Source: Candidatus Thorarchaeota archaeon SMTZ1-45
GTDB lineage: Archaea; Asgardarchaeota; Thorarchaeia; Thorarchaeales; Thorarchaeaceae
DNA length: 17,315 nt
Direction of reading: 5' to 3'
NCBI GenBank assembly: GCA_001563335.1
Contig: LRSL01000074.1
Coordinates: forward strand, 1-17,315
The position numbers and the translations under genes were made by a program. Each line of letters begins with the position of its first letter. Positions within the stretch are counted from its first letter, which is position 1. Shown here one piece after another: positions 7,526 through 14,910 of this stretch. Under the pieces are notes generated by a model. That model searched no databases. It worked only from the letters and a program-made list of their open reading frames with translations, and was not told where the DNA came from.

Positions 7526-10183
7526 TCACTCCTTGTCTTGTATAACTACAAGTCCCCGATTTCCATCGAGAGTCACTCTTTGGCTAGTTTTAAAAATCTG
7601 GCAAGCATTTCTAACATTAGTCACCGCTGGAATTCCGAACTCTCTTGAAACCACTGCCCCATGAGAAAGGACTCCACCTGATTCAGTCACGAGACCTCCT
7701 ATCTTTGAGAAAACAGGCGTCCACCCCGGGTCAGTTCTTGGTACTATGAGAATCTCTCCAGCTCTTACTTGCGGAATATCCTCTATTGTTGCAAGAACTC
7801 GGACAATTCCTGTAATAACTCCCTGACTTGCAGGAATTCCGACATGTCCTTCTTCTGAATAAGGTAGTGGATCATTAAACTCTCGTGCACCCATTAGGAA
7901 TTTTGGAGGTGTTGTATTTTCATACTTAAGAAATTCTTCATACCTACTTCTAGCCAAATCCTTGAATTCTTGAGGTTCTGGACTCCCAATACCAGCTTTG
8001 ACAGCTTTCCTTAATTCTCTACGATGCAGGAAGAATACATGACTAGCGTCGTCAAGGTATCCATTTTCTACAAGTCTGTTACCAATCTCCAAGAATACAC
8101 GTCGATTCCTCGTTATCCAGCGATCTAAATTGAACCTTTGATTTTCCCTAAATCCAATGTATGTGCGAGCCATTCCAAGTATTGTTGAAAAAAGCATCCA
8201 CTTCAATGATCCATATCTTTGACTACGAATATGTTTCTCAGCGATATCTTCTACTTTGGCACGCTTCTGTGAAAGGACTTCCTCTGCTTCCAATAGGTTT
8301 CTAACACTTTCTGAAACTAGAGGCTTAAGAGCATCGAAAACATACTCTGGGGCATCTCTCCACCTTGGATAGTAAGGCTCTCTCGTAAATCCACGGTCTC
8401 CGAAATCATCAAGGAACCTTCTAAATTCCTCAAAGAACGCTTGAACAGATGGCGTATCATCTTCAATGAGAGTTGCATACATCTCAATTGACGGGGTGTC
8501 TATGATGAGGTGCTTTAATGCTTCCTCACTTCTTAGTATCGATGCAAGTTCGATCATCCTCCTATTGGTCTCTGTTGTCTTATGCTCCAGCCCTGATAGT
8601 AGAATTGGATACATCATTAGACCTGCTTTCTCCCCCAACCATCTACGAAGTAGATAATTAGTAATGAGATTCATTCCGAGAGTATGAACAGGTATGCCAT
8701 ATCGAACCATCCTAAAGTGTTTCATCATTACCTTATCGAGTTCATCAGCTAGTCCCATTAGTGCAGCAATCGAGCCTTGTTGAATGAGATATCCCAAGTC
8801 TGCATCGAATTTCTTGCAGAAGGGATTGAATGTTTCTTCCATCCATTTCATATATGCATCATTGGTCTTTGTCATGCTGCCATCAGCATCAAAGAGCATA
8901 ACCCTAATTTCCGCCATTATTCGGTTTTTCAAAGCAAAAGGAAGATCTCTCATTGTTTCCTTTCCATATGGTCCTCCACCCTCTGGAAAGTAATTTAGAA
9001 CGTCCTCTGATCGAATAAATGGCGGCATCTCATTGATTACCTTAGTTCTAATAACATCTAGATTGAAGTAAGCATGTGCCTTGTGAAGCTTAAGAAGCTG
9101 TTCAGGCATGTCTTTGTATCCCATAATTGCATTTGCTTCAACATTGACGATGTATGTTATTTGATCGCCAAGTAAGTCATAGAACAAAGGTGTTACTGGA
9201 TCATTCCAATAATCATCCGCATAGCCCCTAGTCCAAAGAATGTCTTCAGATTCTCTATCCACTCGGGATTCTACGGATATTGGCCGTGTCTGTAAAACAT
9301 GTATTTTCCCTTCATCGTCAATTGCCCACTCTATATCCTGAGGTGCTTTGAACAGTTTTTCAATTGATTTTGCTATCTTAGATAATTCCACAATCTCACT
9401 GTCAAAAAGTGAAGATTGTTGTTTCTTCTCAGGTGAAATCGATACTGATTGAACACCATGTCTTCCTTTCTCTATCATAATATCTTTAGTCCCAATCTCA
9501 CTGCTGACAATGTAAATTTCATCATTTAGTCCATAGCTGACCACAAAACGATCTGGAACGATTTGACCAGATACCACAGATTCTCCAAGTCCAAAGTTTG
9601 ATTCAATCATCATCTCTGATTCTGAATTCAATAGAGGATTTCGAGTGAACAAGACTCCTGCAGACCTGGCTTGGACCATTGATTGGACAATTACAGCAAC
9701 CTGAACTTGGTTGTGATCAATATTGTTTTCTTCCCGATATGCTATAGCCCTATCTGTCCATATTGACGCGAAACAATGCTTAATGTGTTTTAGCAGACTT
9801 TCTTTTCCCTCTATATTCAGCGAGGTTTCATATTGTCCTGCAAATGAAGCCTCTGGCATGTCCTCTGCTGTAGCTGACGAACGAATAGCTACCGAACCAC
9901 CACCCAGTTTGTCATATGCAAGATTTATGGATTCAATTATATCATCAGGGATGTCAGCTTGTTCTATGGAATCTCTTAGTCGTTCGATTTCGATAATGTT
10001 CTTTGTATCAATGTTATTAGACTGAAGAAAGAGTTTGTATCCTTCTGTTGAGATGACAAATCCATCTGGTACATTAAAGCCTGCCTTTAGAAGAATACCA
10101 AGATTCGAAGCCTTTCCACCAGCAATTGTGACTTTCGAATTGTCTAAGTCTCCTAGTTCATATGTGAAGATTGATTGAATCAT
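7526..10183 (-). CDS. PEP-utilising phosphotransferase with rifampin phosphotransferase (RPH)/YvkC/PigC-like architecture: ATP-grasp, helical substrate domain, C-terminal phospho-His swivel domain
   Basis: N-terminal GGKA, AIRSSATAED, SFAGQY, GLGESVVSG, PQDIEWA, LQTRPI; C-terminal TDPGWTP and GGVLSHGAVVSREFGIPAV with the catalytic His intact; no pyruvate-binding TIM barrel. Start is probably ATG 10183 (GGAGGT RBS 5 nt upstream) rather than 10195. Confidence 0.88.
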   Translation of the reverse strand: MIQSIFTYELGDLDNSKVTIAGGKASNLGILLKAGFNVPDGFVISTEGYKLFLQSNNIDTKNIIEIERLRDSIEQADIPDDIIESINLAYDKLGGGSVAIRSSATAEDMPEASFAGQYETSLNIEGKESLLKHIKHCFASIWTDRAIAYREENNIDHNQVQVAVIVQSMVQARSAGVLFTRNPLLNSESEMMIESNFGLGESVVSGQIVPDRFVVSYGLNDEIYIVSSEIGTKDIMIEKGRHGVQSVSISPEKKQQSSLFDSEIVELSKIAKSIEKLFKAPQDIEWAIDDEGKIHVLQTRPISVESRVDRESEDILWTRGYADDYWNDPVTPLFYDLLGDQITYIVNVEANAIMGYKDMPEQLLKLHKAHAYFNLDVIRTKVINEMPPFIRSEDVLNYFPEGGGPYGKETMRDLPFALKNRIMAEIRVMLFDADGSMTKTNDAYMKWMEETFNPFCKKFDADLGYLIQQGSIAALMGLADELDKVMMKHFRMVRYGIPVHTLGMNLITNYLLRRWLGEKAGLMMYPILLSGLEHKTTETNRRMIELASILRSEEALKHLIIDTPSIEMYATLIEDDTPSVQAFFEEFRRFLDDFGDRGFTREPYYPRWRDAPEYVFDALKPLVSESVRNLLEAEEVLSQKRAKVEDIAEKHIRSQRYGSLKWMLFSTILGMARTYIGFRENQRFNLDRWITRNRRVFLEIGNRLVENGYLDDASHVFFLHRRELRKAVKAGIGSPEPQEFKDLARSRYEEFLKYENTTPPKFLMGAREFNDPLPYSEEGHVGIPASQGVITGIVRVLATIEDIPQVRAGEILIVPRTDPGWTPVFSKIGGLVTESGGVLSHGAVVSREFGIPAVTNVRNACQIFKTSQRVTLDGNRGLVVIQDKE

Positions 10184-10332
10184 GAAAACCTCCATTGGTC
10201 TCTAAAGATGATTTGTTTCCTGACTATATCTGTGCTATGAGGATTTCGGATTTCAAGGAAGTTGGATTTGTAAGTTCCTTGTGTAAGGTTCATATTGTTT
10301 TACGAATACGCATTAATTGAGGTTCTACCAGT

Positions 10333-11013
10333 TTGAGAATTACTCCTGCTAAAATGAATAAACTAGATGGACGAATCTGCTTTATCTGCGGCAAGTACCT
10401 ACTCAATAATTCTTCAGATGATTTGGCATACCTTAAAGTTCACACTGGCGGAAATGTGAGAGTTAAACCAGATACCTATTATTTATTCTCTTGTCCGAAC
10501 TGCAATAAACTGGCGCACAAGAGATGCTGGTATAATGTTGGAGAGCGAAAGAAGAGGAAAGGATTTTTTGGAAAGGAGTGGCAAATGATCTGTCCTGATT
10601 GCGGTCACATTCTATCAACGACAAGATCGGAAAGACTAGATTGGAAAAAGGGGTATGAACTCCCAGGACATCCAGATTCTGAACTTCTTGAGCTCCAAGT
10701 TTCTGAGGTTATGTCATGGAAAGCAGGATCCGTCTTTGGTAAGATTGGACGTGCAATTGACAATTTCTTCCAAGCAGTGGGATTAGGCTCTTTGAGCGAC
10801 CCAGAGAGAAACTCGGTAGCATCAGCTGCACAAAGAATTGGCAAAACCATTCAAGATGTTGCCGAGAGGGTATTTAAGCTGAACATCCCTGATGCACAAC
10901 GGTCTGAGATAAGGGATCTCAAATGTCAAAATTGTGGAGCACCACTTCCCTTACCTGGAGAGTTTGAAGATGCAGTAGTCTGCGCTCATTGTGGGACCGC
11001 TCATCTTCTTTAA
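10333..11013 (+). CDS. Multi-zinc-finger protein: N-terminal C4HC3 (PHD/RING-variant-like) finger plus C-terminal Zn ribbon
   Basis: C16xxC19...C54xxC57-x4-H62xxC65...C87xxC90; C-terminal CQNCGAPL...CAHCG. GAGGT upstream of the TTG start; ATG 10354 is an alternative start. Confidence 0.75.
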   Translation: MRITPAKMNKLDGRICFICGKYLLNNSSDDLAYLKVHTGGNVRVKPDTYYLFSCPNCNKLAHKRCWYNVGERKKRKGFFGKEWQMICPDCGHILSTTRSERLDWKKGYELPGHPDSELLELQVSEVMSWKAGSVFGKIGRAIDNFFQAVGLGSLSDPERNSVASAAQRIGKTIQDVAERVFKLNIPDAQRSEIRDLKCQNCGAPLPLPGEFEDAVVCAHCGTAHLL

Positions 11014-11121
11014 TTAGCCTCCATATAATACTGGTACATTTAATGGACTCGCGCGCGATTCATTAATAAACGCCTAGGAACCATTCTAGTTTAACTAGCC
11101 AGTTGGAGGATTTGATTCCAA

Positions 11122-11424
11122 ATGCCAATTCACCTCGAGTTTAATGAGTCAACCTCTCAGTTTTTTGAGTCTACTCGAAACACCAGTGATGATACAATAT
11201 TATTGGTAATCGATGACAGTCAGAAGAAGCTAATCATGACCGTTCCATCAGGAAAAACAATGATAACCCGCCGTGCAGCTGAGCGTCAAGCTAGGGGCAT
11301 TACAAAGACCGGTTTTCTATGTAACGATGGTGGTCGCTATGGTCGAGACCATGAACTAGAGGTCTTGGGTGAGGGTGGTCAGCTTCCTGATCGTCTGAGA
11401 GAGAGTCCGAGAGAAGTCTACTAA
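11122..11424 (+). CDS. Small hypothetical protein, possible divergent single-domain gelsolin-like fold
   Basis: Clean ORF with GGAGGA RBS (11105-11110) and a downstream hairpin. The pattern DDTILLVIDD..KKLIMTVP.G....RRAAERQARGI...LEVLGEG..LP loosely matches the gelsolin repeat layout. CDS status is solid; the fold call is tentative. Confidence 0.6.
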   Translation: MPIHLEFNESTSQFFESTRNTSDDTILLVIDDSQKKLIMTVPSGKTMITRRAAERQARGITKTGFLCNDGGRYGRDHELEVLGEGGQLPDRLRESPREVY

Positions 11425-11429
11425 AAATC

Positions 11430-11459
11430 GAGCCCCTTTTTGGGCTCCCAATCCTTTTT
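11430..11459 (+). terminator. Hairpin plus T tract, likely terminator
   Basis: GAGCCC (11430-11435) / CTTTTT / GGGCTC (11442-11447), then CCAATCCTTTTT, just after the stop at 11424. Confidence 0.6.
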
Positions 11460-11500
11460 CAGGAAGTAAGTATCACAAGTTGTTAAAGATTTCACGCTAC

Positions 11501-11546
11501 AAAGCGAAAGCTTATATATTAACTATTGTGAACTCGATAAGAGGTT
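11501..11546 (+). promoter_or_regulatory. BRE + TATA box + RBS for the PRC-barrel gene
   Basis: Purine-rich AAAGCGAAAG directly followed by CTTATATATT (11511-11520); GAGGT at 11541-11545 ahead of ATG 11554. Confidence 0.6.
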
Positions 11547-11553
11547 AGGGATC

Positions 11554-12222
11554 ATGCGATGCATAGAATTGAAGTACAGTGATATTAGAGGCAAGGAAGT
11601 ATTAGACTCAAATGGAGATAAGATCGGTGAAGTCGCAGACTGGATATTCAGTTGCGGCGAGAACATACTCGATTTGAGATATATTGTACTTGGAGGTGGA
11701 AGGATAGAAGAATTTCTGGAATCCATTGGTGTTCGACCCGACATTGACCCTGTTGTCAGACTCGAAAATGTGGACTCAATCTCAGATAAAGTCTATTTGA
11801 CAGTTAATCGCGAGTCTCTTAAGAATACCATTGACCCAGGAGTTTTGGCAGAAACCTATATCACCTTTTCAAAACTATCTGATGTAAAAGTCATTGACAC
11901 AGATGGCATCAAGGTTGGATTTGTCATTGACATTTGGTTTGATGAAGATAATGTGATGTGGCTCGTGCTTGGTGGTGGCTTTTTCGAAGAGCTTCTTGAA
12001 CGCATAAAAGCCCAACCTGATATTGATCTTCTTGTTCCACCACACTTAGTTGAATCCATTGACAAGAGTGAAATAAGATTGAACATATCAAAATTTCAAC
12101 TGGAATCTACGTGTGAGGATGAGTACAAGAAACTGCAAAGGCAACTGCAAGGACCTGAACCTCATGATGATGCTCGTTATGCGCAACTTAGGCTGGGTAG
12201 AGCTAGTGGTGGGTTAACATAA
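11554..12222 (+). CDS. Tandem (two-domain) PRC-barrel protein
   Basis: Two copies of the PRC signature: SDIRGKEVLDSNGDKIGEVADWIF and SKLSDVKVIDTDGIKVGFVIDIWF, each followed by VLGGGxxEExLExI...PDID. Confidence 0.85.
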   Translation: MRCIELKYSDIRGKEVLDSNGDKIGEVADWIFSCGENILDLRYIVLGGGRIEEFLESIGVRPDIDPVVRLENVDSISDKVYLTVNRESLKNTIDPGVLAETYITFSKLSDVKVIDTDGIKVGFVIDIWFDEDNVMWLVLGGGFFEELLERIKAQPDIDLLVPPHLVESIDKSEIRLNISKFQLESTCEDEYKKLQRQLQGPEPHDDARYAQLRLGRASGGLT

Positions 12223-12224
12223 GC

Positions 12225-12279
12225 GACTGCAGGAATAGTTATGAGAGATTTTGAAATAAATCTCATATTGATTGCAGTC
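12225..12279. repeat. Long imperfect inverted repeat between convergent genes
   Basis: Outer arms GACTGCA (12225-12231) / TGCAGTC (12273-12279); inner arms GAGATTT (12245-12251) / AAATCTC (12258-12264). Confidence 0.6.
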
Positions 12280-12386
12280 ATTCATATTGGAAACATGTGC
12301 AATCAAATTCCAATAACAAAGGCTGTACATTTAAATCACTGGCAATATTGGATAGAATTTGATTTCTATTTCTAACGCGTTATTCT

Positions 12387-13586
12387 CTATCTTCCAATTG
12401 AAACATTACAGAATAGACATCGGACAATCTTGCCCTTCTTTAAATCCTCCACATTATCCAATGTTAGTTTATTTCCACACATTGGACATAGATATGCAGA
12501 CAACCTCTCTTTGAGATCATCTATCGCTGGTAAAATCATGGCGTCATCCTCGCCAGCTACTCGAATTCTACAACTTGCTCCCTTTTGTTTCGAAATGCCA
12601 GTGATGAATATCTCAGCACCTACATTCTTTCTTGTGTACTTCCCCTTTGCCCATCCTGATATTTTGAAGTGCACAACATCATCTGTGATTGATTCGTCAC
12701 TTGAAACCTCATGAAAGTTTGAATCACTTAGAACCCGTAGAGTCTTTTCTTGCATTTCTTCAGGTGTCCATTCTTCAACTTTCAACAAAATTTCGCCTGA
12801 TTCCAACTCTTTCAGTTTGAGTTCAAAACCTCGAGGTGTAATTGCTTCTGGTTGCAGGAGATCGCAAACTGCTCTGATAGTATATGATTCGGTTGTCAAG
12901 GTGTGTGCTTTGCCTGAGGCATCAACATATGAAACACCTGCAACAATCTCACCACGTACACAATCCTGAGTTGGGAGGAAATCGAACGATGGACTTCTGA
13001 ATCCTTGAGGTTCTATTTTTGAAAAGAATATGTCATCATCCTCCGTCTTGAGTATCAGTGTATCTCTTGGGTAAGACAGTATATAGACTGTCACATCGTT
13101 GATAGTATAAGGACTCTCATTGACCACTTTGACCTTGAACTTGAAACGTCCTCCAATTATCTCTCCACCGCGCATAGCTCTAACTGTTGGAATCTCTCTT
13201 TTTGGTGTAGATTTCCTTGCTCCAGAGGTTTACCAGAACAATTGGCCTGAGCTAGTCTTTGCAAGACTTAGTTGAGACGTTGAATCCACAGTATCACTCT
13301 GTGTTCTTCCTGGTGTTTTTGAATAGGCATGTGAGGATCTTCTTTCTTTAGACGTTGAAACTGGTCCATATACTCTCTCTTCATACTTACCAACAGCAAG
13401 TGTGCAAGTGAAGGCGAATATTATAAGACCAAGAATTGTGAGAGGTATAATTGGACCACCTGCGGGAAAATATGAATAGGGCATAAAGAAGCTCGGAACC
13501 ACAAAAATTACGATGCACAGAAAAATCAAAAAAACACAGAAGAACCCCTCACCAACATCTGATGACCCGACTTCTCGAGAATTCAC
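12387..13586 (-). pseudogene. Split gene: two-TM anchor + linker + Ig-like sandwich/platform domain + Zn ribbon, interrupted by one in-frame TAA at 13230-13232; paralog of 13650-14759
   Basis: ORFs 13230..13586 and 12387..13175 are in the same frame. After the TAA the frame continues TSGARKSTPKREIPTVRA-MRGGE, and TVRAMRGGE aligns with KVKALRGGE of the intact paralog. GTG start at 13586 has a GAGGTG RBS. May be a true nonsense allele, a sequencing error or read-through. Confidence 0.75.
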
Positions 13587-13588
13587 TT

Positions 13589-13620
13589 TCCCACCTCAAG
13601 CTAATTTTAGCTTGGAGGGA
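13589..13620 (-). promoter_or_regulatory. Palindrome/hairpin overlapping the RBS of the split gene
   Basis: CAAGCTAA (13597-13604) TT TTAGCTTG (13607-13614), extendable through TCCC/GGGA; the 3' arm on the mRNA contains the GAGGTG RBS. Confidence 0.5.
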
Positions 13621-13649
13621 TATAGGATTTTCCTGCAAAAGGCATATTA

Positions 13650-14759
13650 CTACCTACCAATTGATACAGAACAGAATGGACAAACAACAACTTTTCCATC
13701 CCTTAATTTCTCAACATTATCCAATGTAAGGGGACTTGCGCACATTGGACAGAGCCATGCACTCAGTCTTTCCTTTAGATCATCGATTGCAGGAAGAATC
13801 ATAGCCTGATCCTCACCAGAAACCCTGATTGTACATGATGCGCCTTTTTGTCCTAGAGGTCCGGTTATCCTAATCTCAACACTAACAGCTTTTCCCGTGT
13901 ATTTCCCTTTTGCAAGTCCATTGAGATTACCAAATACAATTCCTTCCTTTACATCAAGATTACTACTGACCTCATAGAAATTACACTCATCCATAATCCG
14001 TAATGCTTTCTCAAACATCTCCTTTGGTGTCCATTCCACGACCTTGATAACTATCTCACCATGCTCATATGATTGGAGTTTGAGTGCAAAATCCTCAGGA
14101 GTGACCTGATCAGGGATGAGGAGGTCACAAACAGATCTTATTACAAATGGTTCTGTGCTAAGGGTATGTGCTTTTCCAGTCATATCTACATAGGAAACTC
14201 CTGCTACGATATCTCCACGCACACAGTCTTGTGTTGGTATGAAATCGAAGGTTGGACTTCGAAATCCGCCAGGTTCGATTTTTGAGAATTGACAATCATC
14301 CTCTTTGCCAGCTAATCGAAGAGATTCTTTTGGATAAGATAGCAGGTAGACTGTTACATCAGTGATCATATATGGTGTTTCATTAACAACTTTAACCTTG
14401 AATCTCATTCTGTTGCCTACGAACTCACCACCTCTAAGAGCTTTTACTTTCTTTTCCGATAATGCAGGTGGTCTATGAACCTGTTTTATCGCATGTGAAA
14501 CCCCTGGAATTGGTCTTTGAGGTTGCACAGTGCGACGTCTGATAGGATCACGGGGAATCTCTCGCCAGCTTATTGTAGGTGATGGTCGTTTTTCTTGTTG
14601 AACGCCAATTTCCCGCATGACGCTCGTTGGAATGGTTTCTTCCTTTGGGATTTTTCCTCCTGAACATGCGAGTCCGATAGCGATACATGCTAAGAATAGG
14701 AAAAGGACAATTAATATCCCATTAAGCAGACTATCAAAGAATTGAATCATTAGCAACAT
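13650..14759 (-). CDS. Single-TM membrane protein with Pro/Arg-rich linker, Ig-like sandwich + platform (adaptin/COP ear-like) domain and C-terminal Zn ribbon
   Basis: TM GILIVLFLFLACIAIGLAC; low-complexity linker; FKVKVVNETPYMITDVTV beta-sandwich start; LLIPDQVTPEDF hinge; CPMC...CPFC. The last 261 aa align without gaps to 12387..13172 at about 66% identity (hand count 172/261). Confidence 0.75.
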   Translation of the reverse strand: MLLMIQFFDSLLNGILIVLFLFLACIAIGLACSGGKIPKEETIPTSVMREIGVQQEKRPSPTISWREIPRDPIRRRTVQPQRPIPGVSHAIKQVHRPPALSEKKVKALRGGEFVGNRMRFKVKVVNETPYMITDVTVYLLSYPKESLRLAGKEDDCQFSKIEPGGFRSPTFDFIPTQDCVRGDIVAGVSYVDMTGKAHTLSTEPFVIRSVCDLLIPDQVTPEDFALKLQSYEHGEIVIKVVEWTPKEMFEKALRIMDECNFYEVSSNLDVKEGIVFGNLNGLAKGKYTGKAVSVEIRITGPLGQKGASCTIRVSGEDQAMILPAIDDLKERLSAWLCPMCASPLTLDNVEKLRDGKVVVCPFCSVSIGR

Positions 14760-14819
14760 TTATCCCATTCCCACCAACCATAGTGGCTGTTTTCCTGTTA
14801 AATCTTGAACGTGGAGCGC

Positions 14820-14826
14820 TTTAAAA
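14820..14826 (-). promoter_or_regulatory. Possible TATA box for the 14759 gene
   Basis: Minus-strand TTTTAAA preceded by CAAAGA, about 60 nt upstream of the ATG, with a GGTGGGA RBS-like sequence in the leader. Confidence 0.35.
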
Positions 14827-14910
14827 TCTTTGATGGAAAGTGTCTACAATGCTGCTCCAAACAGCAATTGCATAATTTCGAAACTATTTCTAATAGTAAC
14901 AAGAGATTCC

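Noticed and set aside
1088-10025. Short overlapping or antisense ORFs (1088, 2444, 4164, 4611, 4845, 5643, 6080, 6956, 8466, 8777, 8784, 9723)
   Set aside because: All overlap longer, motif-supported genes and have no recognisable motifs; they are shadow ORFs.
7526-10195. Annotation as PEP synthase (ppsA), or as a true rifampin-resistance rph gene
   Set aside because: The His domain is C-terminal and there is no pyruvate-binding barrel, so it is not PpsA. The architecture alone does not establish rifampin as the substrate, so no gene symbol is given.
12241-12272. Eukaryote-like SECIS element (ATGA...AAA...GA) in the PRC gene 3' region
   Set aside because: The 3' GA is not adjacent to the helix as the kink-turn core requires, and neither flanking gene has an in-frame TGA.
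13230-13232. Selenocysteine or pyrrolysine recoding of the internal stop
   Set aside because: The codon is TAA, not TGA or TAG, and it falls in a non-conserved linker.
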